From contig CAVIMN010000011.1 in assembly GCA_963644035.1 (NCBI GenBank), forward strand, positions 22,387 through 86,386: DNA of 64,000 nt. Reading direction: 5' to 3'. Made by a program: the position numbers and the translations under genes. Each line of letters starts with the position of its first letter. Within the stretch, counting starts at the first letter, position 1. Below are positions 1-10,057 of the stretch, piece after piece. Below the pieces are notes generated by a model. The model saw nothing but the letters and a program-made list of their open reading frames with translations, made no database searches and had not been told where the DNA came from. This DNA is from a bacterium. Lineage in GTDB: Bacteria > Bacteroidota > Bacteroidia > Bacteroidales > Bacteroidaceae.

Positions 1-390
1 AGCAGCAATTGCCATACCTACGCCTATAGGCAGCCCGTGACCCAAAGCACCGGTGTTAACCTCTATGCCTGGAACTTCAATTGTTGGGTGTCCTGAAAGT
101 ATTGAGCCGTATTGTCCAAGAGTATCTGTTATTTCTTTCTTCAGATAACCCTTTGCCTCAAGTGTTACATATAAAGCTTCCACACAATGACCCTTACTCA
201 AAATGAAACGGTCGCGCTCCGGATCTTTTGGTGCGTCGGGAGTAACGTTCATAATATTGAAATAGAGAGCCGTCATAACGTTCAAACATGACAGGTCTCC
301 GCCGATATGTCCGGCTTTAGCATTGTAGACTACCTCCAAAAGGCGGCGGCGGTCAACTTCGGCTTGTCTTACGAGTTCTTTTGTTTCCAT
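1..390 (-). CDS. Transketolase N-terminal (TPP-binding) subunit, truncated by the window edge
   Basis: Own translation from ATG at 390: METKELVRQAEVDRRRLLEVVYNAKAGHIGGDLS...RDRFILSKGHC...LSGHP...NTGALGHGLPIGVGMAIAA, which carries the classic transketolase N-domain motifs. Confidence 0.9.
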   Translation of the reverse strand, partial: METKELVRQAEVDRRRLLEVVYNAKAGHIGGDLSCLNVMTALYFNIMNVTPDAPKDPERDRFILSKGHCVEALYVTLEAKGYLKKEITDTLGQYGSILSGHPTIEVPGIEVNTGALGHGLPIGVGMAIAA

Positions 391-573
391 TATATTGTTT
401 TCTAGTATTCTGCTTATTATGTCTGGTGATACCTATATTTCACCTTTTTAAGGTGACGTTTCTAAATATATTTTGTAACACCTCTTCCTCTTAATATATT
501 AGCTAGAAAACATTTGATACGAGAATAACGACAAATATGTTTGAATCAAGCGAAGTTGTCGCTTCATCAACAA

Positions 574-664
574 AAAGAAAAAAATGCACTACTTTCCAAA
601 GAATTTTTCTCAAATTATATTCTGTGTTGCCCTTCTTTGATTTCTTTCTTTGGACAGTAGTGCA
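574..664 (-). terminator. Large-loop hairpin terminator downstream of the SpoU gene
   Basis: 19-bp inverted repeat with 1 mismatch (585-603 / 646-664); followed on the minus strand by a U-rich run (A-tract at 572-584 on +). Confidence 0.55.
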
Positions 665-689
665 ATAATATGTTTTTTTACTTTAAAAT

Positions 690-1232
690 TCAATCAGTCA
701 TCAACAACTTACTGGCAAATTCCCATATTACAATACCTGCTGTAACAGATACATTTAGAGAATGCTTTGTACCAAACTGCGGTATCTCCAAACAATAATC
801 ACATTGATCTACCACATCTTGATGAACGCCTTTTACTTCATTTCCTAAGACTATGCCATATCCATTGGCCGATAATTTGCTCACGTTGAATTTGTTTAGC
901 ATAGTACTGCCTTCACACTGCTCAATGGCACATACTAAATATTCTCTTTTATGCAACTCATCTATCGCCTCTTGAGCCGTTTTAAAATAATGCCATTCAA
1001 CGCTATCTTCTGCACCTAATGCCGTTTTATGGATTTCAGGCATTGGTGGAGTAGCAGTTATGCCGCAAAGAAATATAGCCTCTATACGAAAGGCATCACC
1101 ACTACGAAACACTGATCCTACGTTATGGAGCGAACGCACATCATCAAGAACTACAATGAGTGGCATTTTATGACTTTTTTTGAAGTCATCAACCGTCATG
1201 CGATGCATCTCCAACGTTTTCAATTTTCTCAT
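690..1232 (-). CDS. SpoU/TrmH family RNA methyltransferase
   Basis: Motifs LDDVRSLHNVGSVFRS, LGNEVKGV and IPQFGTKHSLNVSV. Confidence 0.9.
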   Translation of the reverse strand: MRKLKTLEMHRMTVDDFKKSHKMPLIVVLDDVRSLHNVGSVFRSGDAFRIEAIFLCGITATPPMPEIHKTALGAEDSVEWHYFKTAQEAIDELHKREYLVCAIEQCEGSTMLNKFNVSKLSANGYGIVLGNEVKGVHQDVVDQCDYCLEIPQFGTKHSLNVSVTAGIVIWEFASKLLMTD

Positions 1233-1654
1233 TCCTCGCCTTTCATTTTGTAAGCCAATGCATACATGCGTATTTGTTTAACCATAGCCAACAATCCGTT
1301 TGATCGAGTTGGCGAAAGATGCTCTTTTAGCCCTATACGATCTATAAAATAAAGATTTGCATCAAGAATTTCTTGTGGCGTATGTCCACTTAACACACGG
1401 ATAAGCAATGCTATTATGCCTTTTACTATTAAGGCATCACTCTCTGCTGTAAATTTTATCTTTCCGTCAACATAGTCTGCCTGCAGCCACACCCTACTCT
1501 GGCATCCATCAATAAGATTACTCTCCGTCTTGTACCTTTCATCAAGAACCGGCTGTTCGTTTCCTAAATCTATCAGAAGTTGGTATTTATCCATCCAATC
1601 AGTGAAATCGGAAAATTCCTCTATCACCTCGTCTTGTATTTCGTTGATAGTCAT
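1229..1654 (-). CDS. sufE: SufE family Fe-S metabolism protein
   Basis: Motifs IDGCQSRVWL, ESDALIVKG and LSPTRSNGL. Confidence 0.93.
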   Translation of the reverse strand: MTINEIQDEVIEEFSDFTDWMDKYQLLIDLGNEQPVLDERYKTESNLIDGCQSRVWLQADYVDGKIKFTAESDALIVKGIIALLIRVLSGHTPQEILDANLYFIDRIGLKEHLSPTRSNGLLAMVKQIRMYALAYKMKGEE

Positions 1655-1657
1655 TTA

Positions 1658-2920
1658 TTATTGTTTTATTCCGTTCGTTTTTTCCAATTTGAAAAGTTTA
1701 TCACTGGGTCTAACCTTTGCAGGCACGGGCATTGATATTCTCTGCCCCTTAAGAGCCTCGTCTACGGGCTTTAAGTCGTAACGTATCTCATCTGCATTAA
1801 GGTAGATAACACCTGTTGTTGGACCCGTTATAAGCAGTTTGTCACCTTTTTTGAAGTCGGACGCCTCTATAGCAAACTCTGCAACACCTAATTTTGAAAA
1901 ATATTTTATGCCCTTTCCTACATAAACCTTTCGTTCTGTTGCACACGATCCATAGTTTTTATTCCATTCTCCGAGTTTCTGCCCAAGATAATATCCGTCC
2001 CAGAATCCACGGTTGAATACTGTTGCAAGACGTTCATCCCATGCGTCTTTCTTATCCTCTGTGAAAGTTCCTTCAAGTACACTGCGTATTGCTTCCTTAT
2101 AGCATTTCACTACTGTATACACATATTCTGGACCACGCGCTCGTCCTTCTATTTTGAATACCCTTACGCCACTCTCCATCATTTTGTCTATGAAGCGTAT
2201 GGTTTTCAAATCTTTGGGACTCATAACATATTTATTGTCAATCTCTAATTGTGTACCAGTTTCGTTGTCTGTAACAGTATAGGAACGTCGGCATAACTGT
2301 ATACATTCTCCACGGTTTGCTGAACGATTAGCATTGTCAAGACTAAGGTAACACTTTCCACTAATAGCCATACACAATGCACCATGACAGAACATTTCAA
2401 TACGTATAGGATTACCTGACGGGCCACATATGCCTTGTTCTTTTGCCATGCGGTATATTTCCGACACTTGCTCCATATTGAGTTCGCGTGCAAGCACTAC
2501 AACGTCAGCGAAACGCGCATAGAATTTAAGGGCTTCAATATTGGATATATTAAGTTGAGTAGAAAGATGTACTTCCTGTCCAATAGAGTTGCAATAGTTC
2601 ATTACTGCAACATCGCTTGCTATTACCGCCGTTATTCCCGCTTGTTTTGCCGCATCAACGATTTCGTGCATCAACAATATGTCGTTATTATAGATGATGG
2701 TATTAACTGTAAGATATGTCTTCATACCTCGTTCGTTGCATGTTGCAGCAATTTCACGCAAATCATCTATAGTAAAAGTACTAGCCGAATGAGCTCGCAT
2801 ATTGAGCTTTTCTATTCCGAAATACACTGAGTCCGCACCCGCCTGTATTGCTGCAACAAGGCTTTCGCGCGAACCTACTGGAGCCATTATCTCAAATTCG
2901 GATATTTTGTCAGTAATCAT
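1658..2920 (-). CDS. Peptidase U32 family protein (collagenase-like; the family includes tRNA/rRNA hydroxylation enzymes)
   Basis: Motifs EIMAPVGS, HGALCMAISGKC, ANRGECIQLCR and FKIEGR. Confidence 0.9.
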   Translation of the reverse strand: MITDKISEFEIMAPVGSRESLVAAIQAGADSVYFGIEKLNMRAHSASTFTIDDLREIAATCNERGMKTYLTVNTIIYNNDILLMHEIVDAAKQAGITAVIASDVAVMNYCNSIGQEVHLSTQLNISNIEALKFYARFADVVVLARELNMEQVSEIYRMAKEQGICGPSGNPIRIEMFCHGALCMAISGKCYLSLDNANRSANRGECIQLCRRSYTVTDNETGTQLEIDNKYVMSPKDLKTIRFIDKMMESGVRVFKIEGRARGPEYVYTVVKCYKEAIRSVLEGTFTEDKKDAWDERLATVFNRGFWDGYYLGQKLGEWNKNYGSCATERKVYVGKGIKYFSKLGVAEFAIEASDFKKGDKLLITGPTTGVIYLNADEIRYDLKPVDEALKGQRISMPVPAKVRPSDKLFKLEKTNGIKQ

Positions 2921-3053
2921 ATGTTTTTTTAATCTGACGGCGTGTTGAGCAAACCCACACCTTTGTTATATATGCATCTATAAAAATATGTCATACCTCC
3001 AAAGATTTATTTTTTAAACCCATGGCTGTATGACATAATTTATTCAAACTTTT

Positions 3054-4061
3054 TTATTTAACTTCCCAAGTATCGTTTGTTTCAAGCAGCTCCATGAAAT
3101 TATGGTATTTCTTCTTACTCTTAACTTCTTCTATCTGCTCTTCCACAGCCTTTTCATATGTAGGTGCCTCTACATCCCTGATTACTCCGAGTGCAACAGG
3201 AAAACCATGTTCATTATCCATCATGGCTAGTTTCAACTGCAACGTATTGTCTTCGCAATGTGCATCATGCACAAGAATATCCTTCTCTGTTATGCCATTC
3301 TCACCTATTTTTACAACTTTAAGCCCGAAGCCTTCCTGCATAAGGCCATATTCATTGTTTTCTCCAAATATCAAAGGCTGACCATGACGCACATAGATTG
3401 CATTCTTCTTTCGTCCCTCGCTTTTATAAATAGGATCATAAGCACCATTGTTGAAGATGACACAATTCTGAAGTATTTCGCAAACTGACGCTCCCTTGTG
3501 ATTGTAAGCTGCTTTCAAAATATCCACCGTCCCTTGTGCATCTGTTGCCACGGCGCGAGCAAAGAAGTTTCCACGCGCTCCAAAACACAGTTCTGCCGGA
3601 CGGAACGGATCTTCTACCGTTCCATAAGGAGAAGATTTGCTAACGAACCCCCTTGGCGATGTAGGGGAATATTGACCTTTTGTCAAGCCATAGATACGGT
3701 TATTAAGCAATACTATGTTTATGTCCACATTTCTGCGGTTAGCATGTATAAAATGATTACCTCCAATAGCCAATCCGTCTCCGTCACCGCTTATCTGCCA
3801 TATTGTAAGATTTGGATTGGCAACCTTTGCACCTGTAGCTATTGCTGCAGCACGTCCGTGAACAGTTTGCATAGCATATGTGTTCACGTAATAAGGTAGA
3901 CGGCTAGAACATCCTATTCCTGAAATTACCGCCGTATTATGGGGCGGAACGCCTAACTCCGCCATCGCCTTGTGGAGCGAAGCCAAGAAGAAGTGATCGC
4001 CGCAACCAGGACACCAACGTGGCTGTCCCTTCTTATAGTCTTGAACTGTATACTTTTCCAT
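3054..4061 (-). CDS. korB: 2-oxoacid:ferredoxin oxidoreductase beta subunit
   Basis: Motifs WCPGCGD, GIGCSS, GDGDG and NNRIYGLTKGQ. Confidence 0.92.
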   Translation of the reverse strand: MEKYTVQDYKKGQPRWCPGCGDHFFLASLHKAMAELGVPPHNTAVISGIGCSSRLPYYVNTYAMQTVHGRAAAIATGAKVANPNLTIWQISGDGDGLAIGGNHFIHANRRNVDINIVLLNNRIYGLTKGQYSPTSPRGFVSKSSPYGTVEDPFRPAELCFGARGNFFARAVATDAQGTVDILKAAYNHKGASVCEILQNCVIFNNGAYDPIYKSEGRKKNAIYVRHGQPLIFGENNEYGLMQEGFGLKVVKIGENGITEKDILVHDAHCEDNTLQLKLAMMDNEHGFPVALGVIRDVEAPTYEKAVEEQIEEVKSKKKYHNFMELLETNDTWEVK

Positions 4062-4078
4062 ATTGTTTAGACGTTTCT

Positions 4079-5929
4079 TTATTTTTCGAAAATATTGTTT
4101 ATCTCTCTCACCAATTCACTCACTACAAATGGCTGTCCCTTAACTTCATTATATTGATAAGGCGTGAAGCCGTCCACCTTTGCACGCAGATAGGCTGCTA
4201 GTTGTCCAAGGTTCTGTTCTGCAACCACTGTCTTTGGATATTTTTTAAGTACATCAGCCGTGTTTGCAGGCAACGGATTTATATACTTGAAATGAGCAAG
4301 AGCCACTTTTCTACCCTGCTTCCGCAATTCTTCCATTGCAGAATAAAGATGACCGTATGTTCCGCCAAAACCAACTATCAGCAGTTCTGCATCATCTTTA
4401 TCTCCAAGAACCTCCAAATCTGGCACTGGTATACGTTCTATCTTTCCAGCACGCAAGCGACACATCTTATCATGATTTTCAGGATCTGTTGATATAGCTC
4501 CTGTATCTCCATCTTTCTCCAATCCACCAAGGATATGAGTAAAACCTTCTTGCCCAGGAATCGCCCAATAGCGCACTAGGCTATCCTCGTCTCTCTTATA
4601 AGGCGTATAGGCACCCTTCATACTTTCTGGAGCATAATGAGGCTTTATAGACGGAAGCTCTGCTATATTAGGTAATTTCCATGCTGCCGAACCATTAGCT
4701 ACATAAGCATCGGTCAGTAAGACTACTGGTGTTAGATGTTCCAACGCTATCTTTGCTGCGGCATAAGCAGCATCAAAGCAATCGGTTGGACTTGTTGCTG
4801 CAATCACAGGCATGGGCGACTCACCGTTTCTTCCGTAAAGCACCTGCAGAAGATCCGTCTGTTCACTCTTCGTTGGCAATCCTGTAGATGGTCCGCCACG
4901 CTGCACATCAATCACAACAAGCGGCAATTCATCTATTACTGCAAGATTTATAGCTTCCGACTTTAAACATATACCAGGACCAGATGTTGACGTAGCAGCC
5001 AATGCTCCGGCAAAAGAAGCTCCTATTGCACTAGCACAACCTGATATCTCGTCTTCACACTGCACTGTCGTCACACCGCATGATTTGTGTTTTGCCAATT
5101 CATGAAGTACATCTGTAGCCGGTGTTATAGGATATGACCCAAGGAATAGTTTCAATCCTGCTTTTTCTGCAGCAGCTATAAGTCCATATGCCGTAGCCTT
5201 GTTTCCTGTTATGTCCATATAGCGTCCCTTTTCCTTATGCTTTGACTCTATACGATAAGTTGCAGGAACTCCAGCGTGAACATTATGTCCGTAGTCATAT
5301 CCGGCATTTACAACCTTTATATTGTTTTCAGCAATCTGTGGCTTCTTGGCAAATTTTTCCCTTAAAAAATTCTCCACCAATTTCACATCACGGTTGAAAA
5401 GCCAACAAACAATACCCAATGCAAACATGTTTCGGCATTTCAGTATAGATTTGTTGTCCATACCTGAATCAGCGAGACAATCCTTTACCATCTTTGTAAT
5501 AGGGCAAGCCACAACGGTATCTTCATCTATACCCATTTCAGCCAAATAATCTTCTGTTTTGAATTCCGCTCTTTGGAGATCTTTTGGTCCGAAACTGTCG
5601 GTATCAATAATAACCGTTGCTTGTTTCTTTGCATACTTATACTGCGTTTTCAGTGCGGCAGCGTTCATGGCTACAAGTACATCACACTTATCACCTGGGG
5701 TGTAAACCTTTCCTTCGCCTATATGTACCTGAAATCCTGAAACCCCAGTAAGCGAACCTTGCGGGGCGCGAATATCCGCTGGATAATCTGGGAATGTCGA
5801 AATACCGTTGCCGATGGTGGCCGAAACTGTGGAGAAGATGTTTCCGGCTAGCTGCATACCGTCGCCAGAGTCGCCAGAAAAGCGCACAACAACCTGCTCC
5901 AACTCTTTAATTTCCAAATTCTCTGCCAT
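4079..5929 (-). CDS. korA: 2-oxoacid:acceptor oxidoreductase alpha subunit
   Basis: Motifs GDSGDGMQ, YPITPA and QRGGPSTGLPTK; adjacent to the beta subunit gene. Confidence 0.92.
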   Translation of the reverse strand: MAENLEIKELEQVVVRFSGDSGDGMQLAGNIFSTVSATIGNGISTFPDYPADIRAPQGSLTGVSGFQVHIGEGKVYTPGDKCDVLVAMNAAALKTQYKYAKKQATVIIDTDSFGPKDLQRAEFKTEDYLAEMGIDEDTVVACPITKMVKDCLADSGMDNKSILKCRNMFALGIVCWLFNRDVKLVENFLREKFAKKPQIAENNIKVVNAGYDYGHNVHAGVPATYRIESKHKEKGRYMDITGNKATAYGLIAAAEKAGLKLFLGSYPITPATDVLHELAKHKSCGVTTVQCEDEISGCASAIGASFAGALAATSTSGPGICLKSEAINLAVIDELPLVVIDVQRGGPSTGLPTKSEQTDLLQVLYGRNGESPMPVIAATSPTDCFDAAYAAAKIALEHLTPVVLLTDAYVANGSAAWKLPNIAELPSIKPHYAPESMKGAYTPYKRDEDSLVRYWAIPGQEGFTHILGGLEKDGDTGAISTDPENHDKMCRLRAGKIERIPVPDLEVLGDKDDAELLIVGFGGTYGHLYSAMEELRKQGRKVALAHFKYINPLPANTADVLKKYPKTVVAEQNLGQLAAYLRAKVDGFTPYQYNEVKGQPFVVSELVREINNIFEK

Positions 5930-6118
5930 AAAAATACAGTATTAATGATTGTTCTATTTTATATTTCCTTATGACTGTTTTTATATTATATTTTTTCACG
6001 CTCTCAACTTTTTGTTGTAGCGGTTCGTGCAAAGTTCGGAAACTTTACCGAAAGGTCAAAACTTTTTTGATATAAAACTAATCATGTTCTTTTTAGGGAA
6101 ACATTTATTATAATGCCG

Positions 6119-7258
6119 TTATTCTTCCACTACCAATTTGCGGTAAACGCCAAGCACTTTCTCTGCTACATTATTTCCCTCAAAACGCTTCACATATAAT
6201 TGACTTTTCTTTATTCGTTCTTCTCTGCCTGGTGCCCCTTGTAAAACCTGCTTTAAGGCTTCAGCCATTCCGTAGACATCGTCTGGCTTTACATAAATAC
6301 AGTCGTTTCCACCTGCCTCTTCAAGGCAGCTTCCTGTACATGCCACAACAGGCAACCCACTTTGTATTGCCTCTATTATAGGTAATCCAAAGCCTTCATA
6401 ACGTGAAGGATATACACAAGCTTCCGCCATCTGATATATGGCTGGCAGATCTTCATGTGGCACGTTGTGAAGAAATTTCACCCTACCACCTAAATTATTT
6501 TTCTCCACATACGCCTTAACTTTGTCTGCATATGGAGTTGGGCGTCCTACCACCACAAGACTTACATCTGATGGCACCATAGACATGGCCTTTACTGCGA
6601 GCAATATATTTTTTCGTTCCTCTATTGTGCCAACATTTACAATATAACGCTTTGGCAACATGTATGTGGAATGTACTTCTTGCAGTTTTTTTTCACTTTC
6701 GCGAACCTTGAACTCTGTACTGCAACTTTGGTATATTACATCAATTTTCTGCGGTTCAACACCTCCAAACCGCATTATGTCCCTTTTAGTACATTCACTT
6801 ATAGCTATTATGCGATCAGCCTCCTTACATGTTCTTCTAAATTTCCATGCATATATTTTTGTATCTACCCAATTGTAGTATTCTGGATGATGCATAAATA
6901 TAAGGTCATGTATTGTCACAACCGTTTTTATCCCAGCCTTTTTTATTCCTGAAGGTAATTCTCCCGTAAGTCCGTGGAAAATATCTACACCATCTCTCTT
7001 CATATCTTCCACAATACCTTTCACACGCCATATATCCCTCATTATTTTGAAGGGGTGCTTTTGCGGATAGACATATTTCATATACTGCGTTTCCTTCACT
7101 AGAGATTTCAACTCTGTGCGTCCCTCATCTGGAGTATAAAGCAACATGCCCGTACCTTTAGGAACAATAACTGAAAGGTCGTTTACAAGTGTGCGCGAAT
7201 AACTGCCCAACCCTGTAAAATTCCTTACTATGCGTTTTGCGTCAAATCCGATAATCAT
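6119..7258 (-). CDS. Glycosyltransferase family 4 (GT-B)
   Basis: Motifs TIHDL, GTIEERKN and YPSRYEGFGLPIIEA. Confidence 0.9.
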   Translation of the reverse strand: MIIGFDAKRIVRNFTGLGSYSRTLVNDLSVIVPKGTGMLLYTPDEGRTELKSLVKETQYMKYVYPQKHPFKIMRDIWRVKGIVEDMKRDGVDIFHGLTGELPSGIKKAGIKTVVTIHDLIFMHHPEYYNWVDTKIYAWKFRRTCKEADRIIAISECTKRDIMRFGGVEPQKIDVIYQSCSTEFKVRESEKKLQEVHSTYMLPKRYIVNVGTIEERKNILLAVKAMSMVPSDVSLVVVGRPTPYADKVKAYVEKNNLGGRVKFLHNVPHEDLPAIYQMAEACVYPSRYEGFGLPIIEAIQSGLPVVACTGSCLEEAGGNDCIYVKPDDVYGMAEALKQVLQGAPGREERIKKSQLYVKRFEGNNVAEKVLGVYRKLVVEE

Positions 7259-8196
7259 GGTTGCTCAGTAGTTTTTCTTTTTATTACATGTCCATTCTCT
7301 ACAATATACCTCTTTTCAAAAATATCACGAGTACGTTTCCATCTGTCGTGACTCCAAAGGTAATAGCTAGGATCTCTTCTTATCGTATTTTCAAGCATTT
7401 GGAAAAAGCGCTCCGTTATTTGGTTTTCTCCCATTTCCTGAGGCATGTCTGTGAGTAACTTGAAAGTGCATATATAATGTCCGCGCTTCGGTCGTTCCAT
7501 GTCTACATAGAATACGGCATCATTCATTTTCCGCATTATTTTTTCTCCACCTGTAAACACGGGAGTATCGTGGTTCAAAAAAGGAAGCCAAAAATGTATG
7601 TTCTCATATTTAGGCGATTGGTCAGATATGTAACCGAATAACCACATACGTTTCTCTCGACGATATCTCACAAGAAATCTCAAAATCTCGTTCTTCGGCA
7701 CACACACACCTCCTTTGCTTTGACGAATATCACGGAATAGACTGTCGAAAGCCTTGTTACGAAGAGGATGGTATATAAGTCCACATATAGCGTCTTTATG
7801 TTTTTTAAATGCCAACCCTGTAGCCGACAATAGTTCCCAATTGCAGTAATGTCCCAATATAGCGGCACACGTCTGCCCTCTATCATAATAACTTTCTATT
7901 TGTTCGGCATTACGGAACTCTATATGTTTTAGCAATGTTGTATCGGTTACAGACAACATTTTCACCGTTTCTACAAAATAGTCGCATAGCCAATGGTAGA
8001 AGCCGCGTTCTATTTCTATTATCTCCTTTTTGCTTTTTTCGGGAAACGATGTAGTAAGATTACCTCTAACAACTCTTCGCCTATACCTTATAATATAATA
8101 TACAAGCAAAAAGCCAACATCAGACATTGCATACAGCACGCAGTATGGCAAAAGTGATATTGCATAAAAAATTGAATGTACAATTTTTCTTACCAT
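7255..8196 (-). CDS. Lipid A biosynthesis acyltransferase (LpxL/HtrB family)
   Basis: Motifs GHYCNWE, SDQ and YLWSHDRWK; next to an msbA-like gene. Confidence 0.85.
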   Translation of the reverse strand: MVRKIVHSIFYAISLLPYCVLYAMSDVGFLLVYYIIRYRRRVVRGNLTTSFPEKSKKEIIEIERGFYHWLCDYFVETVKMLSVTDTTLLKHIEFRNAEQIESYYDRGQTCAAILGHYCNWELLSATGLAFKKHKDAICGLIYHPLRNKAFDSLFRDIRQSKGGVCVPKNEILRFLVRYRREKRMWLFGYISDQSPKYENIHFWLPFLNHDTPVFTGGEKIMRKMNDAVFYVDMERPKRGHYICTFKLLTDMPQEMGENQITERFFQMLENTIRRDPSYYLWSHDRWKRTRDIFEKRYIVENGHVIKRKTTEQP

Positions 8197-8218
8197 ATTT
8201 CAAAGTTCTGTTTTTCTC

Positions 8219-10045
8219 TTACGCCTGCATATCGTGCAGCTTTCTATAATACCCGTCGCTGGTAAGCAGTTCATCATGCGTTCCACGTTCCACAATTTTT
8301 CCGTCGTGCAACACGCATATTTCATCGGCATTCTTAATGGTAGAAAGTCTATGCGCTATAGCCACTGTTGTACGCGTTTTCATTAGGCGCTCCAAAGCGT
8401 CCTGCACAAGACGTTCACTTTCTGTATCAAGAGCAGACGTTGCCTCGTCAAGTATAAGTATAGGCGGATTTTTAAGTATCGCACGTGCTATACTTACTCT
8501 TTGCCTTTGCCCGCCAGAGAGTCGCCCGCCACGATCACCAATATTTGTGTCATAGCCGTTTTCAGAAGCCGTTATGAATTCGTGGGCATTAGCTATTTTT
8601 GCAGCCTCTTCAACTTGCTCTCTTGTGGCGCTATCCACTCCAAACGAAATATTGTTGAAGAAAGTATCATTGAAAAGGATAGCCTCTTGGTTAACATTTC
8701 CTATCAGTTGCCTAAGGTCATGGATGTCAAGATCTTTAACATTTATTCCATCTATGAGAACCTCACCTTCCTGTACATCATAGTATCTTGGTATCAAATC
8801 CACAAGCGTAGACTTTCCTCCTCCACTCTGCCCCACAAGGGCAATAGTCTTTCCTTTTTCTATTTTCAAGTTTATGTCTCGCAACACCCATTGCTCGCCA
8901 TATCTGAACGAAACGTGACGGAATTCTATTTCATGGTTGAAAGACGTTATATGTTTTGCGTCATCTTTTTCACGTATATCATTTTCTGCAAGCAAAATTT
9001 TGTCTATACGTTCCATTGAGGCAAGACCTTTAGGTATATTGTAGCTAGCCTTTGAAAAATCCTTAAGCGGATTTATTATACTATATAGAATAACTAGGTA
9101 ATATATAAATGTTGGTCCAGAAAGTACCTGCTGCTTAAGCACTAGTATTCCACCAAACCATAAAACGATGACAATCATTACTGTACCAAGAAATTCACTC
9201 ATCGGGTGTGCCATCTGCTGACGAGTGTTTACTTTTAGTATCCTGTCGCGATACCCAGAGTTTACCTTATCAAAACGATTGTTCATCTTTTCTTCTGCAC
9301 AAAAAGCCTTAATTATGCGTAAGCCACCGAGTGTTTCCTCTACCTGGCTCATTGTGTCGCTCCAAAGTCCCTGTGCTTCCTTTGACTTGCGCTTTAGTTT
9401 ACGCCCGACTTTTCCCATAAGCCATCCCATTACAGGAACAAAGAGTATAGTGAAAAGTGTCAACTGCCAACTGACAAATAACAGCGTCACAAAATATGCT
9501 ATTATAAGGATTGGATTTTTGAAAAGCATGTCAAGCGAACTCATTATGGAGTTTTCCACCTCCTGCACATCCCCGCTCATTCTTGCAATGATGTCGCCCT
9601 TACGTTCTTCTGAGAAGAAACCGAGTGGCAATGATGTTATTTTGCGATAGAGTTGATTTCTTATATCGCGTACAATCCCCGTGCGAATAGGTATAACAGT
9701 TGCAGAGGAAAAAAAGTATGCACCTGTCTTGAGGAATGTTGTCAAAGAGAGAAAAAGTCCAAGAACGAGCAATGTTGTAATTGGCCCCATTTCTGAAGTA
9801 AGTTGACTCACGATATAATTGAGATTGTTTGACAATACTTCTTTTAAGTTGTCAAAATCCCATTCCATCATATGCGTGGCAACTGACGTATTTCCTGTCC
9901 TGAAGATAATCTGCAGGATAGGTATTATAGCTGCAAAAGAGAATATGTTGAGTAGTGCCGAAAGTATATTGAAAGCCACCGTCAGCATCAAATATTTTTT
10001 ATATGGCGGCACGAAGCGGCGTAGTATTTGCAGAAATTCTTTCAT
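8219..10045 (-). CDS. msbA: MsbA-like ABC exporter (permease plus ATPase)
   Basis: N-terminal TM domain, Walker A GQSGGGKS, signature LSGGQRQ and Walker B ILILDEATSALD. Confidence 0.8.
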   Translation of the reverse strand: MKEFLQILRRFVPPYKKYLMLTVAFNILSALLNIFSFAAIIPILQIIFRTGNTSVATHMMEWDFDNLKEVLSNNLNYIVSQLTSEMGPITTLLVLGLFLSLTTFLKTGAYFFSSATVIPIRTGIVRDIRNQLYRKITSLPLGFFSEERKGDIIARMSGDVQEVENSIMSSLDMLFKNPILIIAYFVTLLFVSWQLTLFTILFVPVMGWLMGKVGRKLKRKSKEAQGLWSDTMSQVEETLGGLRIIKAFCAEEKMNNRFDKVNSGYRDRILKVNTRQQMAHPMSEFLGTVMIVIVLWFGGILVLKQQVLSGPTFIYYLVILYSIINPLKDFSKASYNIPKGLASMERIDKILLAENDIREKDDAKHITSFNHEIEFRHVSFRYGEQWVLRDINLKIEKGKTIALVGQSGGGKSTLVDLIPRYYDVQEGEVLIDGINVKDLDIHDLRQLIGNVNQEAILFNDTFFNNISFGVDSATREQVEEAAKIANAHEFITASENGYDTNIGDRGGRLSGGQRQRVSIARAILKNPPILILDEATSALDTESERLVQDALERLMKTRTTVAIAHRLSTIKNADEICVLHDGKIVERGTHDELLTSDGYYRKLHDMQA

Positions 10046-10057
10046 CAAATATAATTT

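Noticed and set aside
8279..8295. Additional parS-like sequence GTTCCACGTTCCACA inside msbA
   Set aside because: Four mismatches, not palindromic, and inside coding sequence.
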